Positions 12,550 to 24,425 of a stretch of 64,000 bases of DNA are shown here, piece by piece. How positions within the stretch are numbered: position 1 is the stretch's first letter; each line of letters opens with the position of its first letter. This DNA comes from Lama glama (taxonomy: Eukaryota), in contig CM052817.1 of assembly GCA_028534125.1 (NCBI GenBank), positions 61,134,001-61,198,000 on the forward strand, written 5' to 3'. The translations under genes were made by a program, and so were the position numbers. Below the pieces are notes generated by a model. That model did no database searches. It worked only from the letters and a program-made list of their open reading frames with translations, and was not told the origin of the DNA.

Positions 12550-13643
12550 GCATCTTATGAGGACCGGGGATGCTAATCAATGTAAACCTAAATTTGGAAG
12601 GAAAAAAGTAAACTGTGTTCAGTTTTTCATCTCTCTCCTGAAGTCATACAAGGGACTTCTTAAAAGTTCTATTTTTTTAATTATATTACTTCAAGAGATG
12701 AGAATAGGAGGGAGAGTAAATAGCATTATGTTTATAGATTATTATAGGAAAGCAGAATTAGAGATAATTGAAGGTTTAAATATCTGTTTTACATGGGAAA
12801 AATGTCATGTTTGGAATTGTTTCAAAATAGTTCAATGGGAGGAGATAAAGATGAAGTTCATAATTGCTGAAACTGGATGTTTATCCATGGGAGCTCATTA
12901 CACTACTTTCTATTGTGCATATATTTGAAAATTTTCATAGTAAAAATCTTTAAAAATCCATATGGATTGAGGAAGTGGACGTTCTCTCACACACTATTAA
13001 TAAAAGCATAAACTATCACAACCTTTTAAAAATATGGAAGTAACTATTAAAAATAAAAATTTTTTGCACAATAAAGGAAACCATTAACAAAATGAAAAGT
13101 CTACCTCCTGAATGGGAGAAAATATTTGCAAATCATATATCTGGTATGGGATTAATAACTAAAATATATAAAGAACTCATAAAACTCAGTAACAACAAAA
13201 AAATCATATTAAAAAATGGGCAGAGGATCTGAACAGACATTTTTCCGAAGAAGACATACAGATGGCCAACAGGTACATAAAAAGGTGTTCAACATTACTA
13301 ATCATAAGCAAAAGGCAAATCAAACTCATAATGAAATATCACCTCACATCTGCCAGAATGGTTATTATCAAAAAGATAAGAAATAACCAGTGTTGGAGAG
13401 GATGTGGGATATGGAGAAGAGGGAACCCTTGTGTACTACTGGTGGTAGTGTAAATTGGTGCAGCAACTGTGGAAAACAGTATGGAGGTTCTTCAAAAAAC
13501 TAAAAATAGGACTACCATATGATCCAGAAATTCCACTTCTGGATATTTATCCAAAGAAAATAAAAACACTAATTTGAAAAGATATACCTACATTCATTGT
13601 AGTATTTTTTGGGATAGACAAAATATGGAAAGGACCTAAGTGT

Positions 13644-14244
13644 TGTGGGGCAAACTGATGTCCTTTAAAGTCCAATGACCCCTATTCCAGGGCTCTCAGG
13701 TATCTGCCTGGCATCCCTCAACAGATAAAGTACACTATTTACTGGGCATGTTTGTCCTAAAAAACTAATAGCCCTAGGTAATGCCTAATCTCACAATAGC
13801 TCAGGCTAGTTTGTTTCAGCGATAAACCACACTGCCCTTTCATGGACCCCAAACTTCTGACTTCACCTACACCCAATCAAAAACTTGTGCACGAACTGAT
13901 CACACAGCCCCCAACTCATTATGTTCACCAACTTCTCCCCCCAATAAAAGGTTCAGCAACCAACCCCCAGAGCTCACAAAGGCACCTCTCATCTGTGTGA
14001 TCTGCTGTTGTCTATGGCAGCATAACCTAATAAACTCCTTTCCTACTCTCATTCTTTGCCTTTGGTAAATTCTTTCACTGCCTGAGACACCAACTATTTT
14101 TTAAAGGGAATTTTTTTAGGGGGAGACGTAATTAGGTTTTTATTTATTTTTTTTTTTTTAGTGGAGGTGCTGGGGACTGAATCCAGGACCTTGTGCATGC
14201 TAGGCATGCACTCTACCACTAGTGCTATACCCTTTCCTCCAACA
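13644..14244 (+). mobile_element. ERV solo LTR, family not identified
   Basis: TG...CA termini, 5-bp TSD agtgt (13639-13643, 14245-14249), AATAAA near 14029. Confidence 0.8.
14097..14238 (-). mobile_element. tRNA-derived SINE (Vic-1-like) inside the LTR
   Basis: Reverse complement of the same SINE family as 11076. Confidence 0.9.
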
Positions 14245-16533
14245 AGTGTCTATTGATGCATGAATAGATAAAGAAGATGGGATATATATGTGTATATATA
14301 CATATATAAATATACATAGTGGAATACTACTCGACCATAAAAAAGGAAATCTTGTATTTTTGCCAACATGGACGGATCTTGAGGGCATTATGCTAAGTTA
14401 CACAAGTCAGATGGAGAAAGAAAAATACCACGTAATTTCACTTAAATGTAGAATCTAAAAAGTAAACAAAATGAAATAAAACAAAACAAAAATCATAGAT
14501 AAAGAGAACAGAATGGTAGCTGCCAGAGGGGAGGAGTGCTGGGAGTGGGTAAAATAGGTAAAGGGGGTCAAGAGGTACAAGTTTATAGTTATAAAATAAG
14601 TCCTGGGGATGAAATATACAGCATGGTGACTATAGTCAATAATTTGTAGAGCATGTTCAAAAACTGCCAAGAGGGTAAATCCTAATAGTTAATTTTGTAT
14701 GGTGACAGATGTTCACTAGATATATTATGGTAATCATTTCACACTGAATACAGGTATCAAATCATTATGTTGTATACCTGAAACCAATATGTTACATGTC
14801 AATTATATCTCAATAAAAAAGTTTTAATAGACCAATAGTTAATAAGATTAAGAAATACTACAGTCATCTTTTTTTATGAGAAACTTGTATGTACTAACTT
14901 AGAAACTGTCCATGTTAGTTCATTAAATGATTTTTTAAACTGAAAACAATTATTATTGGCATTATGCATGTGACTATTATATTCTGGTGTATATAACTTT
15001 GAGGGGAAAAAGGTAAAATGGATACAAATCAAATGTAGAATGGTTAATGGAGGAGAGGTTTGCTTTCATCCCTCACTGTAAATACTCTGTATTTTCTTAA
15101 GTAGTGGTATTATAGGTGGTTTTTATTTGTTCTACTTAAGATCACACACTTAGTGGCAAAGTTGAGCAATAAATTCCAGCACTCTGGCTCCAGAGACCCT
15201 ATTTTTAACTACTCAATGAACTGCCTTTGTCTAGAGTAGTGTATAAAATATAACTAATATAACTAATAACCTTAGAAAATATTTTATTTAGTTTTTACCT
15301 GTCATACTCAGAATGACTCTACATTCCTGACTCCAAATATCTGTCACCATCTTTGAATCAAGAGTGCCTTTTGTTTCACAAAGTCCTGACCCAAAACATT
15401 TCGGGCCCTGGTTATTCCCTTAGAGATCTATTTTCCAGAAAAGAAACAACAAAGAACTACTTACAATGTTTTAAAATAAATCATTGTTAATTGTGGTGCC
15501 CTTAAAATTACAACAACTTAGTTTGGGTGTGTAATTAAGTCAATTATCTTGAAAATGCTACTGAAATTTTCAGTGAGCAACTACCCCTCTGGCCCCTTTG
15601 CCTGGCTTCCCTGCCATTGTTTGAAGCTTCTGTTTTGGGAAGAAAAAAAGGCGGTAGCAGCATCAGCAGCAGCAGCATAATAGCCTCTTTGTTGCAGAGC
15701 CACAGGTAAAAAAAAATGCTCCTGCTCAAAGGTGACAGGATCTCTTCATCATTAATCCCAGAATGACCCCACCCCACCCTCCAGAAGTTCTTAGACTGAA
15801 AGGTTCTCATGTATATGCCTGTTAAAAGCAAGTTCTTTTAGCCAGGTTCTTGTTTCTCTCCTCCTACCTCCTCTGCAATTTCTTCTTCCTTAAGGCACTT
15901 TAAGTGAAGACACTCAGTTATATAAAGGAGGCAAAGAACATTTTCTTGCCTATACAACAAAAGGAATCCTCTTGAAATTAGTTAAGATTAGTGAAAAAGA
16001 GAATACTTTCTGCCAAAGAAAGCAAAAAATTGTTAATAGTGCCCAGAATTAATTAGATGGGTAGTTACATTACTAATTTTTTATCTCCATCAGCTTTTAG
16101 AAAACTGCTTTACCAGCCATATTTTTCTAGCCAGGATTTCTTTTATGGAAAAGCTTGCATTACCTAGACAAAGTACATGAAAGCATTTTGAAGTACATGT
16201 AAGATTAAAGAGGTGCCAATTTTTCTTCAAAGCATAATTTTAAATTATCCTGCTCTTTTCCACTTCTTTTTTAACAACATATTAGTCCAGAGCATGTGCA
16301 TCATGCATACTTACTAACTTGAATCTGAAAATATTTTTGCTCTTGGAGCTCTGAGTAAAACTCCACAACAGATATGATGAATTATTTAAGATTGATATTG
16401 GTCTTAATTGTGACTTGGAGAATTCATTCAGCAGCAATATATGTGTCAGGCACATCTATATGCCTGTGAAAATGGTGGCTATCTTTAAAAAATCTTCCCT
16501 AAAAAAATATGCTCTGAGCACATACAGTGGTAC

Positions 16534-17154
16534 TGAGACAGGAAGGGGACAGGGCACAGCCACTCAAGGAATGCCACAGCAGTTAACATCAAAATGGTGG
16601 AAGATTCAACCCCCAGTAGGCCTTGAGGCTCAGGATGATAAGCGATTTAACTTCTAGTAGATCTTGAGCTTCATTATACACCTATTGTAATATATTAACA
16701 TGGTGAATAACACGCCCACAGGCACCATGGCAGTCTCCAAGGCTAGCCACAAAAGGTAAAAGAGTGGGAAATGGCCAACTTCCTGGGAATCCCAGCCCCT
16801 TCCCCTTAGACTGGTCCTTCTACTTATTAGCATATGAAGCCACCAAGCCTATAAAAACCAGCAACACGGAGCCTCACGGCTGCCCCTCTCTCTCCCTCTT
16901 CAGAGACGGCCCGCACTATGTCTATGGAGTGTGTACCTACTTTTAATCTGAGCACCTAGCCCCCACACCTTGTGGCCTTTCTCTTGTCTTTCAATGTATC
17001 TCTCTGAATAAACCTACCTTCACTCAACTGGCTCGCTCTTGCATTCTTTCCTGCGCAAAGCCAAGGACCCACACTTGGCGGGGCACGTCCCAGGGGCTCA
17101 ACTGAGACCTGGGACACAGCTCTTCTCATGCCCCACATCTGTTTTCCTGCATCA
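16534..17154 (+). mobile_element. ERV1 solo LTR, MER41-like
   Basis: TG...CA termini, 4-bp TSD gtac (16530-16533, 17155-17158), TATA-like cctataaaa near 16848, AATAAA near 17007. The following ttctttcctgcgcaaagccaaggaccc resembles MER41 U5. Confidence 0.85.
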
Positions 17155-17262
17155 GTACTATGATACCCAATAATGTTTACTGCATTCTTCCACCTAAAAA
17201 TTTTGAGGGCTCTTTCCCCTTAGTGAAATGGATAAATTTTTTTGATCTTCATATTAAATAAC

Positions 17263-17888
17263 TGAGAAACTGCCTGCCACGGCAGTCGCTCCCCATAAGT
17301 GTCGTCGAATAGGTTCTTGCCTGGTGCAGGAAAGAATTCAAGAGCAAGGCATAGTAAAGTGAAAGCAAGTTTATTTAGAGAGATATACACTCCATAGACA
17401 GAGTGGGGTCTGTCTCATTCAGAGAGGAAAATGGCTTAGGAGAGTACATGCTCCATAGGCAGAATGAAGGCCATCTCAGAAAGGTGACAGGGAGAGAGAT
17501 CAAGAGGTGTAGGGGTGCTTAGTAAGTAAAAGCAGATACACACTCCAAAGACAGAGTGCAGGCCATCTCAGAAGGCAAGAGAGAGTGACCAGAAGGTGTG
17601 GGGTTGTTTGGTTTTATGGGCTCAGTAATTTCATATGCTAATGAGTAGGAGGATTATTCCAACTACTTCGGGGAAGGGACAAGGATTTCCAGGAATCTGG
17701 CTCCACTTACTTTTTGACCTCTTATGGTCAGCCTAGGAACCATCATGGTGCCTGCGGGTGTGCCATGAGGTTCAAGGTCTACTGAAAGTCGAATCTTCCA
17801 CCATGTTGGTTCTAAACAGTTTGTCCTGTCCTCAACTGCTGTGTCATTCCTTTAATGGTTGTGCCCTGCCCCCTTCCCTCCTGTCTCA
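17263..17888 (-). mobile_element. ERV1 solo LTR, MER41-like, related to the LTR at 16534; left boundary approximate
   Basis: Reverse complement starts tgagacaggagggaaggggcagggcacaacc and aligns by eye to the U3 of the 16534 LTR. Contains aataaacttgctttcacttt. No clear TSD. Confidence 0.8.
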
Positions 17889-18289
17889 AGGACCACAATG
17901 AGATGACAATTTGACTACAAAAAAGCACGCCATCAGCCTTAGCTTGTTTCAGGAAATGGCCAGCCATGGAAAACCCTCCACTCTTAATATGGAACAATCA
18001 ATTCTGCCTCTTTTGAACTGATCCCTGCTGCTTGCCCCCTTAACGGCCAACCAACAACTGCCAAATATACCTGAAAACCAATTAGAAAGTCTCCCCTGCT
18101 TCCAAAATTCCCTCCTTAATTGAAGCTTCCCAGTCAAAGACTCTCAGAATCCTCTTTTCAAATGAACTCATGTCTTTCTGACACCACTGAAAGCCTGCTG
18201 AAATTAAAGTGACGACAGAGAATTCCCTTGCTGCAGATTTATGAATAGTTTTTGTTAATTTTGTCTCATGCTTAATTTTACCTTTAACA
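17889..18289 (+). mobile_element. Probable older ERV1-type LTR remnant
   Basis: LTR-like composition ending in ctttaaca. Family not recognised. Confidence 0.35.
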
Positions 18290-18721
18290 TAATTGTATAT
18301 GATATTATGTATGTTAAACTATCTCTTAATTACTTCTGGATGTTTTTCTCCCCACTCCCAGTATCATTACTAATATCCTTCTCATGCCTCACCTAGTGTA
18401 AGAAATAGTCCAGGAATTGATCTCTTTGCCTCCAGTGTGTTCTTACTCATTCTTCTCTTACTGACAAAGTAGTCTTGGTAGAAAGCCAATCTGTTCACAC
18501 ACTTCCCCTATTTTTTCATGGCACTCCAAGAGTTAACTATGGTAATAAAACCTGGATGCTTTCCATAAAGAGGACTTATAGTAACAGTAGAAGTAGCAGT
18601 ACAATATTCAAGTTAAAATAAATGAATGTATGTTCATTTATAAAAAGTTTCCATTAACATTTACTACGAAAGATAGATTTTGTCATCTTAGCTGAGAAAT
18701 CTGAGATTCAAGAAAGTGAAA

Positions 18722-20355
18722 AGTCTTTGTCCATTTGGGCTGCTATAACAAAATGCTAGAGTGCTAGAATGGCCAGGTGAGACTTGTGGAATCCCTCACT
18801 TGGGATCTCTTTCTCTCTTTTTTTTTCCCCCTGCTTTGGGGCTACTACAAGTTTTTCAAGACTGATTTTTTTTTCTTACTGGTGTCCAGTATTTGAGTGA
18901 CCTACATCTTACTAGAGAGGGGCAGAGAACTGTCCATAATAAACTTGCAAAAAGCAAGTACACATATGGAGGCAAATTACCCTCCCTTGTTTTAATAGTG
19001 TCACATACAATATTTTGAAAATTAAACCAAAACCTGTTTCATGTTGGATTGGTAATACATGAAATTGTCAAGCCATCCTTCAACATGAACCCGAGAATGA
19101 AGCAGGATGGAGGCCACGCCGGGAGACGGGCGTTTCACTCTTCCTGTCTAGGGTATTGGGATGGCGGGGACTGGGCCGCAGACTCTTTCGGGAACCTGTC
19201 AACAGGCACCCTCACCAGTTTAATGAGGCTACATTTTAACTGTTATTTGTGCCCGAATTGTCTACTTCAAGCAACATGATGGGTTAAGATTCCATTTACC
19301 ACCCCTCCAGGCCCCAGCCCCAAAGGGCCAGGTTCAGCAGAGGGGCTCGCGGCTGGCGGCAGCGCGGGAACCCGTGGGCTAAGCGGCAGTTACCGGCATG
19401 CGCTCCGTGCTGACCGCCTCCAAGTGCGCGGCCACGCAAGTCACCCAACTTTCACTTAAATAAGTCAGAGTGGCAAAATGTCTTATCAATCTTCTAGGTC
19501 TACTTCTTTAATTTTCAGAAGCTAAGAATATAACGACGTGCGTGGTGATGTGCAACACACACACAAAATCAAGACTGTCCTCTTACAACTTCGCACATCC
19601 CCGGAACTCGTGAGCCGTGGGCGGGGGAGCACAGCAGCGTCTTTAGAGGGGACCCTGGACCCCATGCCACCTCAGGACTCGCCGTAAGTTTGGCTACAGC
19701 AGATGCGGCGTCCCACAGGCTACACGAAGGTCACAGAAGGGCAGGTGTGGTGAGCAGGACCAATGCTGCTGGAAACCTCTAGCCCTCCCCGCTCAGTGGC
19801 TGAAAGTCTACATCAGAAGGTTAAAGTACATGTACACGTGAAACCTTTCCTGCCCTAATTTACTGAACAACTGGATATTTTTTTTAAAGTGTAAAAAGTA
19901 AAACACTTAAAAATATCAAAGGACATCAGTGACAACCAAGGGAACTGTAACCATGTGGGTATTAAAGTCAGCTGTCACTGGTGAATCCTTTAAATCAGGA
20001 CAAGTTCTGGTCTTCCCTCCAACTGAGGGGAGGAAACTGGTTTGGATGTGCAAAGGCTGGTTTGTCCCCCACATTTTTTTTGCCACTGACAATTCAGGAA
20101 GAGCAGATGAAAATGGCTCACACAACTGATAAAACATAATTTCCCCCAAGCTGTGTATTTCCCCTCCATGTCCTGGGGTTCCAGGGTCCCGCATGTCCCC
20201 GGGATCTCTTCGTAAGAGCGCTAATCCCATTGATGAGGGCTTCACCCTATGACCTAATCACCTTCAAAGGACCCATCTACTAATAATCATTACTTTTGGT
20301 AATTAGGATTTTGACTTTTGAATTTTGGGGGGACACAAACATTTAGACCACAGCA
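18722..20355 (-). mobile_element. MLT1A-type LTR split into two pieces (about 18722-18756 and 20198-20355) by foreign DNA, itself inside a MIR
   Basis: Left piece gtctttgtccatttgggctgctataacaaaat. Right piece ctaatcccattgatgagggcttcaccctatgacctaatcacc...ggggacacaaacatttagaccacagca. MIR halves lie at ~18670-18721 and ~20356-20450. Confidence 0.8.
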
Positions 20356-21224
20356 CTAAGTGAATTTACCCAAGATCACTTAGTCAAGTGGCAGAACCAG
20401 AATCTGAACCTATGTTTGTCAGATTCCAAAGCCCATGCTTTTCCATTAAACACCCTACCTCATAGCCAAATTAAACTATGGCTATTCTTTCAATATGCAG
20501 AGCTGGTTCATAGTCCTTGCCTATACATATGCTTGGACTGCTTGAATGTTTCTGTGAAAATTTCCCTAATCTTCACTCTCTCCAGAGATGATCATTCCCT
20601 CTTAGCACCAATGCTTTAGCTGAAACTTGCCTCTTTCATAGCCCTTATTAGTATTAAGATTTCATTAGTATTTCACTGGACTTTTGTATTTACATTAGTA
20701 TTTACTGGACTATAAGCTCTTTGAGGACACAGAATTCCATTCCATTTCCTAGGAATAACAAAAATTTGTTATTCTGACTTACCAATGATAGAAATTTTCA
20801 GAGAAGGGAAAATACTTAATATTTTATAGCCCACTGGGGCTCTACAATGAAGACGGGGAAAATGGAAATAGTAATTAGTAATTTTCTCTCAGGGTTATTC
20901 TGAAAACTACATCAGTTCTACTACCTGACTTCATATTGTAATCCCTTAGGAGATTGGGAAGATGTAAATATCCAGATATGATGCCACATCTTCTGATTCA
21001 TGATCTGTAAATGGGGAGCTCATGACCATGAATGTGTGTAGATCCACAGGGCAACTAGATTTGGCAACCACATAATTTAATGATATAAACCATATAAACC
21101 CTTAGCACAATGCCTAGCCTATGGTAAGTGCTCAATAAATGTCAGAATTTAAATGATAACACCTTACAACTGTCATACCACTTTATAATTTACAAAGCAC
21201 TCACACAAGAATTACCCCATCTGA

Positions 21225-21357
21225 GCAAGTCCCTCTGTCCTTGTGAAAGCTCAAAACACAAATGTTTAACAGAGGGCTGAGAACTCTGCCTTTTCTTGGA
21301 CACTTTATAGCCTTATTCAACCAACAAGTTCAAAGCCAAAACTAAAAAAAAAAAAAA
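21225..21357 (+). pseudogene. Short retrocopy of an unidentified RNA
   Basis: 119 nt unique body plus poly-A (21344-21357), flanked by a perfect 18-bp TSD aagaattaccccatctga (21207-21224, 21358-21375). Confidence 0.85.
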
Positions 21358-23077
21358 AAGAATTACCCCATCTGATCTTCAGAACAATACAAGGATCAAC
21401 ATTAATCTCTATTGTCTCAAATTATTCAGTAGATTGTAATCACTTAAATGCTGAGTCCTTCAAATGGAATGAAATAGAGAGGTGGAAATCTCTTTTATTT
21501 TTAAGAGATTCCATAGTCTGAACAATATCCAACTGCTCTTCCAATGGCATGCTGTCTACCATGACTCTTAACTTTGGGTAATCAGATCTCTAGCTTCTTT
21601 AAACCGTTTTTAGGAACTGCCATTAGGAAGATTATTTTTTTAAGACTGTTAGGCAACCAACACTTCTGTTACAAGGGCTATCCTTAGGGAAGATAAAAAT
21701 AATTATTTAAACAAGAGAGTACTAAGCCTGTACTTTGCAGGAAGGAAGAGTCTCAAAATGTTAAGAAAAGATGCTGCTAGAAATCTAACACCAAATTGTG
21801 CCATCCTGCTCACTCATTAGTGCAACTCCAGAAAGCACTGAACAAACTCTCCCAGATCTTTGCTTCTAGAAAGCCCAGCAAGTCAGTCTAGAGGTGGTAC
21901 TGAGGAATTCATAAGCATGTACACCTGAAGTTGAGAGTAAGCTTTGTCAAGAAATGACTATAGAAAGTAGTCAATAAGACACATAAAAAAATAAAAGACT
22001 TAATAGGTGTGCTGTCAAATAAGGTAGTAAAGAATTTTGCTGTAACTCTGATAGGGGTGCAGAATCTCGGCTATATAGACGTGGCAATTAAAAGGTCTGA
22101 CAGAAATTACCAATGCAATGCACCAGGCGGCAAAAAATGGCATGGATATGAAAGTCACATTACAGTAAAAAATAATTTTAACCCAGGACTTGAGAGGAAA
22201 TCATCCTGTAAGTTGTGTCCAGGTCCCTTGAGAATCTGTACCTAGGTAAAGTTTCCAAGTCCTAACCATCTCAGGCATCAACAATGGTGGGCATGCACTA
22301 CTGCATTCCTGATGATCTAACAAATTAAATATGTAATTTAATATGAAATGTTTAAGTGCTGTTAAACTTATGAATTTAATTTGAAATGTATAGGTGAATT
22401 TGACTGATATTAGACCTGTGATTTCAAGTTGAAAATTGTAAAATACTTTCATCTGTTTATAAACATTCTTTCAAGTATTAAAAGAAAAATCCAATAATAA
22501 ACTTCTTAAATTTAAATTTATCAAGTCTGAAAGCAGCAGTTAAATGCTTACCAAGATTTGTAGTGTTTAAAGCCTTCCTTGATTAGTTGTTTGAAGTACT
22601 TGGGAAGATAAAAATGTGAAATTCATGATTATATTTGAAATTTATGACTTTAGTAAATTGAATGTTATTTTAAATACAAGTAGGTGTGAGTATTAAAAAC
22701 CCCAGAGATTAAAATACTCAATTGACTATGTCACAATTAGAAAGCAGGAATATGTCAGAGGTAGGGGGAAGAAAAAACAGATAAAATAACTGAGCTTTTG
22801 TCTTAGAAACGTCTACTAATTTGTTCTGAAATAACTGGTATTTCTTTCTGATTATAACATTAGGTGGAATGCCTAAATTTTCTCTAATTTTTATCAAATA
22901 ATGTATTAACTTAATCAAAGTTTATATTTAGGTAGACAGGAATTTCATTCACAAAATTATTTTAATTGTTTCTGCTTACCTAATATATACTCCTTTTTTA
23001 AAAAGGAGGAAGTAAGGGAGGGAGGGAAGAAAGGAAGAAAAAGAGAGGGAAAGACAAAATTTCTGTCCTCTGCATTT

Positions 23078-24425
23078 AATCTCTTCAGTAAATGGTGTTG
23101 GGAAAACCGGACAGCTGCAAGTAAATCAATGAAGCTGGAATACTCCCTCACACCATACACAAAAATTAACTCACAATGGCTTGAAGAATTAAACAAGACA
23201 CTACAAACCTCCTAGAAGAAAACATAGGCAAAATATTCTCTGACATAAATCTTAGCAATATTCTCATAGGTCAGTCTACCCAGGCAATAGAAATAAAAGC
23301 AAAAATAAATAAATGGGATCTAATTAAACTTATAAGCTTTTGCACAGCAAAGCAAACAAAAAGACAACTTACAGAATGGGAGAAAATATTTGCAAAAGAT
23401 GAGACTGACAAGGGCTTAACTTCCAGAAATATACATAGCTCATAAAACTTAATAATAAAAAAAAAAACTCAATCCAAAAATGGGCCTAAGACCTAAACAA
23501 GCAATTCTCCAATGAAGACACAGAAATGGCCAATAGGCACATGAAAAAATGCTCAATATCGGTAATTATCAGAGAAATGCAAATCAAAACTACAATGAGG
23601 TATCACCTCACACCAGTCAGAATGGCCATCATTCAAAAGTCCACAAACGATAAATGCTGGACAGGATATGGAGAAAAGGGAACCCTCCTACACTGCTGGT
23701 GGGAATGTAGTTTGGTGCAGCCGTTATGGAAAACAGTATGGAAATTGCTCAAAAAAATAAAAGTAGACTTTCCATATGATCCAGCAATCCCACTCCTGGG
23801 CATAAATCCAGAGGGAACTTTATTTCAAGAAGATACATGCACTCCAATGTTCATAGCAGCACTATATACCATAGCCAAGACATGGAAACAACCTAAATGT
23901 CCATCAGCAGATGACCACATAAAGAAATTGTGGCATATTTATACAATGGAACACTACTCAGCCATAAAAATAAAAAATGCCATTTGAGCAACATGGATGG
24001 ACCTCAAGATCATCATTCTAAGTGAAGTAAGCTAGAAAGAGAAAGAAAAATGCCATATGATATCACTCACATGTGGAATCTTAAAAAAAAAAAAGACAAA
24101 TAAACTTATTTACAAAACAGAAACAGACGCACATAGAAAGCAAACTTAGGGTTACCAGGGGGAAAGGGAGTTGGAAGGGATAAATTGGGAGTTTGAGATT
24201 TGCAGATACTAACTACTACATATAAAACAGATAAACAACAAGTTCATACTGTATAGCACAGGGAACTATATTCAATATCTTGTAGAAACCTATAATGAAA
24301 AAGGATATGAAAATGAGTATTTGTACGTGTATGTATGACTGAGCTATTATGCTATAAACTAGAAACTGACACAACATTGTAAACTGACTATACTTCAATT
24401 TAAAAAAAGAAAGAAAAGAAAAACC
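23078..24425 (+). mobile_element. Lineage-specific 5'-truncated L1 (ORF2 3' end plus 3' UTR)
   Basis: ORF 23526..23987 encodes the ORF2p C-terminal cysteine-rich region ([33 protein letters not shown]). A-rich tail. Possible short TSD gcatttaa. Confidence 0.95.

Larger units (their letters stand above)
13060..14820 (+). mobile_element. L1 3' portion, interrupted by an LTR that contains a SINE
   Basis: ORF2 C-terminal remnant 13262..13453. L1 sequence cctaagtgt|...|agtgtctattgatg is split at 13643/14245. Ends in caataaaaaa. Confidence 0.9.

Noticed and set aside
12067..13643. Two adjacent L1 pieces beginning at nearly the same ORF2 position (possible local duplication)
   Set aside because: The copies are substantially diverged and their flanks differ. 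Independent insertions explain it.
19916..20245. 109-aa minus-strand ORF as a possible retrogene
   Set aside because: It starts within the MLT1A LTR, crosses the insertion junction and resembles no protein I recognise.
23526..23987. Longest ORF in the track (153 aa)
   Set aside because: L1 ORF2 C-terminal fragment in a 5'-truncated element. Not a host gene.
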